Below are positions 9,835 through 20,000 of a stretch of DNA of 64,000 nt, one piece after another. Below the pieces are notes generated by a model. That model was not told the DNA's origin. It saw only the letters and a program-made list of their open reading frames with translations, and did no database searches. How positions within the stretch are numbered: position 1 is the stretch's first letter; each line of letters begins with the position of its first letter. The position numbers and the translations under genes were made by a program. Where the stretch lies: positions 32,001 through 96,000 of IMG/VR virus record IMGVR_UViG_3300014656_000017; one strand, written 5' to 3'. The stretch comes from a virus.

Positions 9835-10764
9835 TTATAGATTTTCAATATCATCTAATAGTTCTTTTAATTTATCTGAATCAGCAGTTGTTGTTGATTC
9901 ACTTGGTTCGCCTTCAACTGGAACATTAATAGACGGCTCAATGGTTTCATCACCATCTGTAATAGCTACCGTATCCGTACTTTTAGGAGCTGTTAGTTTA
10001 TTGGTAGTTCCTGATTTCTTATTGCTAGATTCGGCAACAATTGTAAAATCTGAAAACAAATGTTCTTGTAGCAATTCCTTCATTTCATCTGCAGACTTAG
10101 GCTCAACAAACTTTGTTAGATCAAAAATACTATCATAAATAGTTTTAATCTTTTGTGGTGTTAGTCCTTCAATTGGTCCTGGTGCAGTAAATCTAGAATT
10201 ATTATAGTTAGCAAATTTTCGTGTACCTTCTACAGTGCTTTCTACCTTAATTTTAAAATTACAACCATTCTCTGTCAAATCAAATACTTTTGATCCGAAT
10301 TCATCTGCATCACCACCCTCAATAGCTTCTGTAATCTTTTCGTGTAATCTTTTACCAAAACGAAGTACTTTAACAGTTCCCTCATTTTCTGAATTAGTAG
10401 GATCTGAAATTACATATACGTTCACCATATGTTTTTCCATACGTCGAATATTATATGCAACTTTCTTATCGTCTTCGTTCTTTGTTTTATACAGTTTAAA
10501 TCTGTTTTCGCAAATGATACACCTTTCATCAAATGTGGTTGGGCAAAAACTATCTACATACTGTCCTGTAGATGTGCTGCTCCACCCATGGTGAAAATAG
10601 TGGAAAAATGTTGCTTTTGGATCTTTGACATTTGGAATCAATCGAACCAAATAAGTATTACCTGGCTCCATCTTCAAAATATCACGATATGCGGACGAAT
10701 TATGCTTTGGATTATCTAACGACTCTTTAATACTATCAAACATACTTGTAATGTCTATATTCAT
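9835..10764 (-). CDS. gp32: Single-stranded DNA-binding protein
   Basis: VRLIP, H...CPTT...CIIC zinc site, DPTNSENEGTVK, FDLTENGCNFKIK, acidic tail. Confidence 0.9.
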   Translation of the reverse strand: MNIDITSMFDSIKESLDNPKHNSSAYRDILKMEPGNTYLVRLIPNVKDPKATFFHYFHHGWSSTSTGQYVDSFCPTTFDERCIICENRFKLYKTKNEDDKKVAYNIRRMEKHMVNVYVISDPTNSENEGTVKVLRFGKRLHEKITEAIEGGDADEFGSKVFDLTENGCNFKIKVESTVEGTRKFANYNNSRFTAPGPIEGLTPQKIKTIYDSIFDLTKFVEPKSADEMKELLQEHLFSDFTIVAESSNKKSGTTNKLTAPKSTDTVAITDGDETIEPSINVPVEGEPSESTTTADSDKLKELLDDIENL

Positions 10765-11439
10765 TTATTTATTTTCCTTTATTATACTTTCTATTTTTTT
10801 AATACCTTCTTTTACTAATATTTTTGCATTTTTTGAATTTATATATTTTGTTTTATATTTTACCCAATCATTCATCAAATCCCCCAAAAATAATTCCTTT
10901 TCATCCTCTGCGATTTTGATAATGATATCATATATTTCAGGGAATTCAACGAGTACATAAAAATTTATTTCATGTCTCTTTAATTGTTTCATCCATTCAT
11001 ATGTTATACCCGTCCTTGTATGTATATACTCTTTCACACTCAGTTTGTGCTTATAGCAAAACTCACCTATTACTTTTAACGATTGTTTAATCATTGTTAG
11101 CTGTTCGGGGGTATCTGGTGGTAGTTCCTGAAGATATTTCATATACATTGCAAACGCTTCAATTCCACCCATTCCCGCATAAAATTTTAAATCTACATAA
11201 TCTTCAGCGGGATGTAAAACAAAAGGGGCTTTAAAATATAACTCTGGATTAATGTGAGGATACTTGCTTAACATATTACTAATTCGTTTTATATTAAGCC
11301 TTTTATCATCTTCTAAATTATCAAAATCCTTGCGATAAGAAAACAATTTGTCGCGACTTTCTCGAGATACCCTTAAATATAAATTATACAATTGTTTTTC
11401 TTTAAAATTTAAATTGATTTTATTTGTGTTGTTGTCCAT
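10765..11439 (-). CDS. Putative helicase loader (gp59-like)
   Basis: 224 aa basic helical protein immediately upstream of gp32, matching T4 59-32 synteny and size. Confidence 0.45.
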   Translation of the reverse strand: MDNNTNKINLNFKEKQLYNLYLRVSRESRDKLFSYRKDFDNLEDDKRLNIKRISNMLSKYPHINPELYFKAPFVLHPAEDYVDLKFYAGMGGIEAFAMYMKYLQELPPDTPEQLTMIKQSLKVIGEFCYKHKLSVKEYIHTRTGITYEWMKQLKRHEINFYVLVEFPEIYDIIIKIAEDEKELFLGDLMNDWVKYKTKYINSKNAKILVKEGIKKIESIIKENK

Positions 11440-11734
11440 TACTGTTTCTTTTAGTTAATGCTATAGTTACTATTTTTGATTTACATAATGTAGGATATCT
11501 TTCAATAAGATTATTAACAAGTTCTTGAAAATTGTCAATGTCTGCTAATTGTAGTGCACAGTTTCTAAATGTAATACTTTGAATTAATGCTATTAATAGT
11601 TTTGCTTGATTAGTTTTTTTATTTTGTAATATAGATAATAAGGATCCAAGTTTTAATACAATCATATCTAGTTCTCGTTCAGCTAAATATTCTGGAGGGG
11701 ATAAATTGGTTTCTTCAATGTACGTAGTTATCAT
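11420..11734 (-). CDS. Hypothetical protein
   Basis: 104 aa ORF, coupled to neighbours. Confidence 0.5.
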   Translation of the reverse strand: MITTYIEETNLSPPEYLAERELDMIVLKLGSLLSILQNKKTNQAKLLIALIQSITFRNCALQLADIDNFQELVNNLIERYPTLCKSKIVTIALTKRNSNGQQHK

Positions 11735-12633
11735 TTTATTTCTTTTAATAATTTAGTAAATTCTAAAAATTTGCCAGTGATCTGTCCGCCAGCTGAATAT
11801 TCATGTCCTGCACCATCTGCTAATTTTTCAGCTAATAAATTTAATTTACATGTTGATTTTTTATTTCTTCTAAAACTAATATGTTGTGTTGAAGTATTAA
11901 CTACTATGGCAATATCTGGATTATATGTAGATAAAATATGATCACTAATATCGTTTACAGGTGAAGATTTATTAACAAATGTTGCTATAATATGATACTT
12001 GGTCCCTGATATAGAAATTTCTTTGTTTTCAAAAAGCTTTATATTTGCAAGAGTTTTATCTAATTGTTGTTTCCATAATTTGTAGATATTTTCTTGTTGT
12101 GCAGTAAAAGCTGTCATGCCTTTATCATACATTTCCATAAATGCTTTAAAGTTATTATGAGTGCTCCAAAATATTGAATTTAATTTTTTTGATTCTGGTA
12201 CAGATAATGTATAAGAATCATAATCATTACCAAGTGCTATTAAAATCTTTTGATTTTTATTCAGTTCTAAATTATATAACTTTTTAAATATTTTATAAGC
12301 AAGCAGACAAGCAGAGGGATATTCTTTAACAATAACAGTAGCTGTTTCATATTTTGCATTATCTACATGAGACTTATGATGATCAATAATAAAAACATTC
12401 GATTTATCAATTAAATCTTTATGATCACTAACGTCTAAATCTAAAATGAATATTTTGTCATAGTCTTCTATTTTATGTTTTAGAAGCCATTTTGTAAAGT
12501 CTATTCTAAATCCAAAACCTGCAATGCTATCATATTCTATATGTGCTTGAGGATGAGCCCATTTAGTCACCAGAGCAGACACCACACCATCTAAATCATT
12601 ATGACTAAATATAAATATACGGGGTATTTTCAT
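11731..12633 (-). CDS. DHH/DHHA1 family phosphoesterase
   Basis: SHNDLDG, ILDL, IIDHH and C-terminal GAGHEYSAGG motifs. Confidence 0.88.
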   Translation of the reverse strand: MKIPRIFIFSHNDLDGVVSALVTKWAHPQAHIEYDSIAGFGFRIDFTKWLLKHKIEDYDKIFILDLDVSDHKDLIDKSNVFIIDHHKSHVDNAKYETATVIVKEYPSACLLAYKIFKKLYNLELNKNQKILIALGNDYDSYTLSVPESKKLNSIFWSTHNNFKAFMEMYDKGMTAFTAQQENIYKLWKQQLDKTLANIKLFENKEISISGTKYHIIATFVNKSSPVNDISDHILSTYNPDIAIVVNTSTQHISFRRNKKSTCKLNLLAEKLADGAGHEYSAGGQITGKFLEFTKLLKEIK

Positions 12634-12671
12634 CTAAAATATTTATTAGTAATATGTTAAAAAATCAACTG

Positions 12672-14024
12672 CTATTTAATATCCAATTTTCCCAATACAC
12701 TATCTAATTCGCCCACTTCTTCAGTAGAAGAAAAGACATCATCTGTTTCACTAATAGTAAGAGTATCATAATCTATTTTGAATGATTGTTTTCCGAAATT
12801 TGGTCCAAATCTACTTTTCATCATTCCAATATTTAAAATTCCCAATTCTTTTTCTGCAGGAGTGCACCATATAGACATCATAGCATCTGCAGTATGAGAA
12901 ATGCCCATACTTTCACCTGTTGATTTAATAGATGGCGATTCTATAGCACCATATCCACTTCTATTTAATTGGAATGCACTGATAATAGGACACGAAAATA
13001 CATAACTTAGTGCTCTTAATTTTTCTGAAATATCTTTACCGTCTTCATATAGTGATCCATCACCTTTAGTGGATTCTAATAAAGTTAAATAATCTATGAT
13101 AATTACATCTGGGCGAAATTTCTTTTTATTCTTTAATTTTTGAATGTATGCTTTAATATGATTAGTTGTAATAGAACTGGGCGGAAATTCTTTAATGATC
13201 AGCTTTGAAGACATATGTTTTTGTGTAAACTCTTTAACAAATCCTCTCAATAAATTTGTTTCTTCTTTAAGTCTGTTTGTTGGGATTTGTGATAATTGAG
13301 TACTGATTCTTTTAGAATATAACAATTCTGACATTTCTAATGATATGATTACTGCATTTAGATCCTGTTCTACTACCTTTCCTGCTGCATTAGCTAATAC
13401 AATAGACTTTCCTATGTTAGTCTCGCCACCAAATAAATATAATGCTCGGCCAGACTGCATCCAGCCTCCTCCAAGCATTTTATTTAACCACTTATATCCT
13501 GTTGGGATAAATTTGTCAACAGTTGTAAGATCTGTTAAATGTTTTTCAATATCTTCAAAATAATCGTGACCTAAATTGTCAACTAAACTTATATTGCATG
13601 CCTTTTCAAACGTTTCTAGTATTTCATTAGTATCAGGGATGGCCTCTTTGTCCGATACTTTATTAACAGTTTCTTTGACTGCATAATATACTGCTTTCTC
13701 TTTAATAAATTGTTCTGTGTTGCGTAAAAGTTCATCTTGATTATATTGTGTGTCTAATGTTTTAAAATGTATCACTACATCTTTGTAAGCTTTTTTAAGA
13801 TCATCATTTATTAATTTAGATTTAATTTCTGTAGCATTAGGTAGAGATGAATGTTCTTTATAAAAGTCAAATATTATTTGAATGTAAGATCGGATATTAT
13901 CGTTTTTAATATATAATGGTTTTAATTCATCAATAATATTAGCTACGTAAATATCATTTAATGTGACATTTAACGCTACAACATATTCAAAAAAATCAGT
14001 ATCTATTTTGCGAGGCTCAGACAT
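12672..14024 (-). CDS. gp41: Replicative DnaB-family helicase
   Basis: GGETNIGKS Walker A, SLEMSE, IIIDYL, QLNRSGY, KSRFG. Confidence 0.93.
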   Translation of the reverse strand: MSEPRKIDTDFFEYVVALNVTLNDIYVANIIDELKPLYIKNDNIRSYIQIIFDFYKEHSSLPNATEIKSKLINDDLKKAYKDVVIHFKTLDTQYNQDELLRNTEQFIKEKAVYYAVKETVNKVSDKEAIPDTNEILETFEKACNISLVDNLGHDYFEDIEKHLTDLTTVDKFIPTGYKWLNKMLGGGWMQSGRALYLFGGETNIGKSIVLANAAGKVVEQDLNAVIISLEMSELLYSKRISTQLSQIPTNRLKEETNLLRGFVKEFTQKHMSSKLIIKEFPPSSITTNHIKAYIQKLKNKKKFRPDVIIIDYLTLLESTKGDGSLYEDGKDISEKLRALSYVFSCPIISAFQLNRSGYGAIESPSIKSTGESMGISHTADAMMSIWCTPAEKELGILNIGMMKSRFGPNFGKQSFKIDYDTLTISETDDVFSSTEEVGELDSVLGKLDIK

Positions 14025-14636
14025 TTATGTAGTTTGTTTATTTAGATTTTCAATTGACTCTACAAGTTTCTGCTGCAACATTTCAATAATCGTATCTTCT
14101 TCTTTTATTCTAACATTATATTCAACTACATTTTTAATAATCTGATCAGCTCTTTCTTTAACAGATCCTGTTACTATAATTGGATTTATTCTATAAGATT
14201 CAATATAGTCGTCATATAATTGTACAATAGCATTTCGATAATCTTGATTCATACTTCGCGAATCATCATCTATTAAGTCAAATTCTGGTTTAATATAAAA
14301 GTGTAAATCATATCTAAGATTTTCAAAAATTGCTTCAGCTATCCGTAAGGTTTCTTGAGTTATTTTTTCTGTTTGATACTGGTGTGTTGCATACACTAAT
14401 GCATCTAAAGAACATCGATCTAATACAGAATTCCTCCATACATAATTTTTTAAATGAACAGCTTCTACCATTAACTGTGCATTATCATCCCCTACATCAT
14501 TAAGTTTAAATCCTAATTCTTGAATACCTCTAATACTTTCAACAAAGGTATAATCTTTCAATTCTGGTCTAGTTCGAAGTTCATTAATTAGTGAAGTTTT
14601 TCCCGTTCCTTGAGCGCCTGAAATAGCTATTCTCAT
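14025..14636 (-). CDS. P-loop nucleotide monophosphate kinase-like protein (AAA_28/NadR-like)
   Basis: ISGAQGTGKTS, LDRCSLD, DDDSR, GSVKER. Confidence 0.8.
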   Translation of the reverse strand: MRIAISGAQGTGKTSLINELRTRPELKDYTFVESIRGIQELGFKLNDVGDDNAQLMVEAVHLKNYVWRNSVLDRCSLDALVYATHQYQTEKITQETLRIAEAIFENLRYDLHFYIKPEFDLIDDDSRSMNQDYRNAIVQLYDDYIESYRINPIIVTGSVKERADQIIKNVVEYNVRIKEEDTIIEMLQQKLVESIENLNKQTT

Positions 14637-15433
14637 ATATTCTCCTTATTATTAAACATTTTACGAAATAATCGTACATTATGCACGGCAGTTTCTATTT
14701 GTTCTAAAGAAAATTGATGTTCAAATAGTTCTACCATTTTAGTTGGATCTTTATCAATCGTCAATGTTGGCCATGAGTATTTAATGCCTAATAATCCTTG
14801 CACTATGGGGTTAGACGTGTCGATCGTATCGAACTTGCGGTATATGTCAGACGTCATAAATTCATTTGGCAACGCTGTTCCAAGCGCATGGTGAGGCTTG
14901 GTAAATCTAAGAATCCCCAATTTCTCCATTTCTGTAAGAAAATAGTGGCGACCTGATGCATATTTTTGCCAAATATTATCACCCGTTCCGTGCACTAAAT
15001 AATAATCTTGAATAAAGTTAATAGCTATTTTGTCTGCTTTGCTGTGCATGAAATTATAACAGACTGTCAAATCTTCAAAATTCTTGCCTTGAACAACACC
15101 AATTTTCTTACCAGGCAGATTACCATAGTTTTCATTCCACTTTTTATAATTTTCAATAGTTTTTTCAGCATCACCAAATACATCAGGAACTATATATTCT
15201 GTTGGTTTTAATTCAAGAATTTTTAATGCAAATAAATCGGAATTAAATGCCTCACCTAATTCAAAGACACTATTATCCAAAATAACTCTACGCCCCATTT
15301 TTAATGAATCTTTAAAGAACTCTGAATATTTTGGATAGTCGTTTAGTAAATGCACCAAACAATAATCATAATCATTAAAGCTTCTAGAAATATCTAAAAG
15401 TTGTAATGGAACTTCGTGGGAGATTTGTGTCAC
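14633..15433 (-). CDS. dpdA: TGT-fold 7-deazaguanine transglycosylase-like protein (DpdA-like, probably DpdA3 type)
   Basis: TIM-barrel TGT-like motifs ILDNS, VPDV, GVVQG, HHALG, DTIDTSNP; folE2, queD and queE are in the same window. Confidence 0.7.
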   Translation of the reverse strand: MTQISHEVPLQLLDISRSFNDYDYCLVHLLNDYPKYSEFFKDSLKMGRRVILDNSVFELGEAFNSDLFALKILELKPTEYIVPDVFGDAEKTIENYKKWNENYGNLPGKKIGVVQGKNFEDLTVCYNFMHSKADKIAINFIQDYYLVHGTGDNIWQKYASGRHYFLTEMEKLGILRFTKPHHALGTALPNEFMTSDIYRKFDTIDTSNPIVQGLLGIKYSWPTLTIDKDPTKMVELFEHQFSLEQIETAVHNVRLFRKMFNNKENI

Positions 15434-16539
15434 TTTTCTTCCTTTATATTATCTACTTCTTTTTTAATTTCTTCAACAGAACTACTAAACACAAACTCTT
15501 TCTTTAATACTTCTTCAAGTTTAGGTATAATAATATTATCCCATACATTTGCATCTTTTTCAAATGCTTTTCTATATCCTAAAGTATTACCATTACATTC
15601 ATAAGTTCTATCGCCTGTAATAACGCCTAGTCCATGAGCCAATTCAAACAACCCAGAGTATTTATCTACCCCTGTTTTAAAATTAAGGTAAATGTCTGTT
15701 GCTAGCATAGGTGGTAAAAATCTATTTTTAGCTGTAAGTGCATGCATTGTTATTCCGCCTACTTTCTTAGCTGCTGATAATATTTCTTCAGATTCAAATT
15801 CCTTTTCGTTCTTTTCTCGTTTAAATCCTAATTGAATAATTAGTGAAGAAAGATAAATTGGCGCTTTTCCTCCAGATTGATTTTTAATTGCAGACGGATA
15901 CATAGCAGCCGGATCATCATATTCATGGTTAGAAAATAGAATAGTGGTTTTAGCCTTAGCAGCTCTATAGGTTAAGGTTCTTAACATGCTTTTAATTTCT
16001 TTAGCTCTCAATCCCATATCTGCTGCTGATTTGTCTTCTTCAGCATCTTTAATTTCTTTACCACTGGCCAAATTACCCAAAGAATCTATAATAATCATAA
16101 ACTTCTTTTGCAGATTCTTTTCAAGGATTTTATTAAGAACCGCTAAAATTTGATTACGGGCACTATTTACAGTATTCACCGGATAGTGCTTAATTTGATC
16201 AGGATTGGCTCCTAAAGATCGTGCTGTAGCCGCATCTAATGCTACTTCTGAATCGAATACAATACCCCATCTTGTCGGATCTTCTTTTTGAAAGTTTCCT
16301 AATATCTTAGTCATAATCAAAGTTTTACCACAACCAGAAGGTCCTGATAATCCAATAATTCTTCCTTGTTGAATTCCTTTGAAACAGGAACCTGAAACAA
16401 TTGCATTCAGGGCATACGATCCTGTGTCCACCCAAGCATCTACAACAGACAATGCATTGTCTGATAAAATTGTGGCATCAGGATTCAGAGCATCCGCATC
16501 TTTAAACACATCATCATATATATTAGTCTTTTTAGCCAT
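15430..16539 (-). CDS. uvsX: RecA-like recombinase
   Basis: DTGSYALN, GPSGCGKT, FDSE, IIDSLG, ADMGLRAK, SGG, KNRF. Confidence 0.93.
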   Translation of the reverse strand: MAKKTNIYDDVFKDADALNPDATILSDNALSVVDAWVDTGSYALNAIVSGSCFKGIQQGRIIGLSGPSGCGKTLIMTKILGNFQKEDPTRWGIVFDSEVALDAATARSLGANPDQIKHYPVNTVNSARNQILAVLNKILEKNLQKKFMIIIDSLGNLASGKEIKDAEEDKSAADMGLRAKEIKSMLRTLTYRAAKAKTTILFSNHEYDDPAAMYPSAIKNQSGGKAPIYLSSLIIQLGFKREKNEKEFESEEILSAAKKVGGITMHALTAKNRFLPPMLATDIYLNFKTGVDKYSGLFELAHGLGVITGDRTYECNGNTLGYRKAFEKDANVWDNIIIPKLEEVLKKEFVFSSSVEEIKKEVDNIKEEK

Positions 16540-16562
16540 AAATATACTCCTTAATATTTTAT

Positions 16563-16590
16563 ATTATAAATGAAATTTTATAAAAAGCAA
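16563..16590 (-). promoter_or_regulatory. Sigma70-like promoter for uvsX
   Basis: TTGCTT-N16-TATAAT on the minus strand. Confidence 0.6.
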
Positions 16591-16591
16591 T

Positions 16592-16623
16592 AAAAAAGCC
16601 CTATTATTTCTAATAGGGCTTTT
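16592..16623. terminator. Intrinsic (probably bidirectional) terminator
   Basis: Perfect hairpin AAAAGCCCTATTA-TTTC-TAATAGGGCTTTT flanked by A and T tracts, just downstream of the 16636-17037 ORF. Confidence 0.85.
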
Positions 16624-16635
16624 CTGTAGAAACTA

Positions 16636-17037
16636 TTAATCGTCAAACAACTTAATTACGTTATCTCCAGCTGGAGCTACATTTCCTGCATTTTCAGGTA
16701 ATACTATTCCAGAAGGATCGAAGATGTTTGAAATTTGAGCATACAATCTAAAATCAAATCCACCAGCAAATTCAATTTGTGTAATTTGGTTTTTTTGATA
16801 ATTGAAATATACAGGTTCTGACTTATCCCCCATAAATTCTTTAAAAAATAACGGCAGCAATCTCAAGGCCATTTGACCAGTTGCTTGTCCAGTTACTTGA
16901 TTAAATTGAGGAACCACATCTACAACAACAGGGTTCTTAATAACCACAATAGTATCAGAAGACTTATCCTCTACTATTTCACCAATAATAGTACGTTGAA
17001 TACTATCTAAAAACGTCACAATATTTTTATTATCCAT
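16636..17037 (-). CDS. Hypothetical small beta-rich (Sm-like) protein
   Basis: 133 aa with SD AGGAG, own promoter and terminator; TIIGEI...IKNPV pattern. Confidence 0.55.
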   Translation of the reverse strand: MDNKNIVTFLDSIQRTIIGEIVEDKSSDTIVVIKNPVVVDVVPQFNQVTGQATGQMALRLLPLFFKEFMGDKSEPVYFNYQKNQITQIEFAGGFDFRLYAQISNIFDPSGIVLPENAGNVAPAGDNVIKLFDD

Positions 17038-17057
17038 ATTTTCTCCTATTTGTTATT

Positions 17058-17085
17058 ATCTTATTATATTATTTACTAATGTCAA
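17058..17085 (-). promoter_or_regulatory. Sigma70-like promoter
   Basis: TTGACA-N16-TAAGAT on the minus strand. Confidence 0.6.
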
Positions 17086-17088
17086 GGG

Positions 17089-20000
17089 TCAAACTTTAAA
17101 AAATTCGAACAAATCACACGTATATTCGTTTTTAAAATCAATCAATCTCCATCCAATACTAATAAATCTACTTTCTATTGCTCTAACTATATGCTTTTCA
17201 AACATCTTGTCATAATCAGGCTTAATAACAGATTCAAATTCTTTTGGAAATTTATCAGCGAATGCAATATTCTCAAATCCATACTTATTAGGCATTACAT
17301 ATATCCATTTAATTTTATTTCCAGAGCCAATAAAATCATATACGTTTTCTAATTTTAATGCTTTAATTAAATTGTTATGATTGATAGCTCCTTTAACATG
17401 CACTGGAGTTCCTTTAGCGTGTACTAATCCATTCATTCTGTTGTTATATTTATCAAACCCATTTATATTAGATCGTGATGCAATATCTTCATATGAAAGT
17501 TTTTTAAATTCTTCAAAAATTTGTTTATATACTTCTATTGTTTGTTCACGACTCTTAGTATAAATTATAGTTTCAACTACCTTTTTAATAAGATTTTTGC
17601 ACTCTTTTGAAATAGTGCTTTTAGCTACCTCTACTCCTACATATTTAATTTTATCAGTTGGAAGCGGAGTATCACCTTTACTCTTGTCTTTAATATGCAA
17701 AATGTAATATTTCTTTGCTTCATAAATGCCAGCTGAACATATATATTCTCTTTTAAATACAAATTGAGGATTTAAAGAATTGATAGCATTTTTAGCCCAT
17801 TCAATAATTTGTGTATTTAATACATTATTTAATTTTTTAACAATGTTGAAACTCTGTCTGCTTACTTCTCCTGTTTCGTCTAAAAGAGGAATTTTTAATT
17901 TCTTTAGAATAGGCTCTAAAGTTAGCACTGTGCTGTCCGTGTCATTATAAAATGTTATATTAGAATCTATACCGTATTCTGTTTTTGCAAAATTATCTAA
18001 AATATCATTAGCTGCTTTAATTGTTGCTTGTCCTGTTAAAGTAATACTACCAGAATGATCAATATCTGCTAAGGGAGCATATCTGTTAGCAAAACATCCA
18101 TACAAACTATTTAATATAGTCTTTAAAGTGTTTTGAATAATATCTAATCTGCCTAAAGCGGCAATGTTTTCATTGTATTTATCTGAACCCTTTTTTGTGT
18201 GAGATTGAGAATGATTAATTTTGTCTATCTCTTCCACACTCTTAACTCGTTCATCATAAAGGGATTGTACGAATTCTGGAACTATACCCAGTGTCTTTTG
18301 TGTATATAATACTTTAGCTTTAGATATAGATATTTTTTCTTTTTCTATGAAAGTTTTAAAGTTGTCTTTTGTAAGTGTGTGCATTTTTCCATTTACTAAT
18401 TTTAATTCAACTTCTGTATCAGACATAGATAAAATTTTACCTATTTTTGTCTCTGGTGAAATGTTCAAAGATATAATAGTATTAGGATATAGACTATTAG
18501 CATCGAATACAACAATACTTTCATATAATCCGGGCGTGATATCTCTAACAAATCCGCCGGCATAGGATCCCATTTCTTCATGCTTAAAGGTAGGTATAAT
18601 TTTATTATGTTTTAATGCCTGTTGTGCAATAGCTCCTGTTACTACTGTTACTTTACCTAGAGCAGATTCTAATGCAGCTAATCCTTTATAAGATATTGTT
18701 CTCATTAATTGAAGAAAACGAAGCTTTTGTTCTAATTTTACCAATAGCTCAACATCCCTAACATTATATTCGACAAATTTGTCCCAATTAGTATCAGCTA
18801 ATTTTGTAAGACTTGTAGCACTTACATTAACTTTACCTTCGCCTAATTCTAATTCACTAATATAATCCAAACTATAAGACTCTCTATCTCCTCTTGAAAA
18901 TGTTTTATATGCTTTCCAATAGTCAATACAGCTTATGCCGCCAATATACCACCGGCCTATTTCTTTACCAAATTGTTTTTCTACATTTTCGCGATATCTT
19001 ACTTGGCCTACCGGAGACAATTTATACACCCAATCTTCACCAATAACATTTTCAATTCTATTAATTATATAGGGTATATCAAAGCGTTCGCAATTGTGGG
19101 TCTTGATACCATTACAAATAAAATAATGTGTTTGTGTTTCTATGTCACACATTTCTACATTTTTGCCGGTTTTTTGTATATTTTTAATTTTAACCAACAT
19201 TCCGTTCTCGATTTTAAACCACTTAATTTTATTAGATATTATATTTTTTTTAATGTAATATTTTATATTTTTGAGTTTATTTTTTCTGTCTTGGTGCCAA
19301 ATATTTAAATCAGATATAAATTTTTTATTTTCATTAATAAAAGGAATCCCTGTATTATGCTTTGTTACAGAGGATATAACACCATTCCATAATAATAGTT
19401 GTTGCAAAATATTAATATTTGGAATATCATAACATTTATCATAATTACATACATTTAATTGTGTATCCGCAACATTACCATCACCGTCAATTAAACCGGA
19501 GTAAAATTCAATAAATTGATCATAAGACAACATTGAAATCATCGATATGTTTAATTGTTTTTTGTTTTCTGTATTATATATTAATGGCAATAATACTCCA
19601 AACTTGTTATTGCAAGATACTCTTTTATAAAAATTGTTATCACTTTGTTGTAATCTTGATAAAACTTTAATATTGGAGGGGCAATTTGTATCAATATTGT
19701 TATATATGGACGAATATTTTTCTACTAAATATTGGTGTTGGCTGCTGTACTGATTGGTAAAGGTTTTAAAATCAACACATCCATCTGTAAATGTATATCC
19801 TAAGAATCTTAATATATCACTAGATATAACTTCGTCTAAATTTATGTTTATAAATTTTTGTGTTAACAATATTGTTAATACTGTTTCGTTTTTTAAATAT
19901 TCTAATATCATATCATCAGATATATATTTTTGAAGATTTTTATAATCCCATCCCTTTCTTTTCCAAAATATCTTTCCCTGCCAATATTCTGTTGGTATAT

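Noticed and set aside
11420-11734. gp33 late co-activator, by synteny with gp59-gp32
   Set aside because: Size and position fit, but no sequence motif was recognised
12640-12668. Seventh 16-bp-spacer promoter upstream of the DHH gene
   Set aside because: TTGATT is present but there is no TAnnnT at 16 bp; ambiguous with a late-promoter-like box
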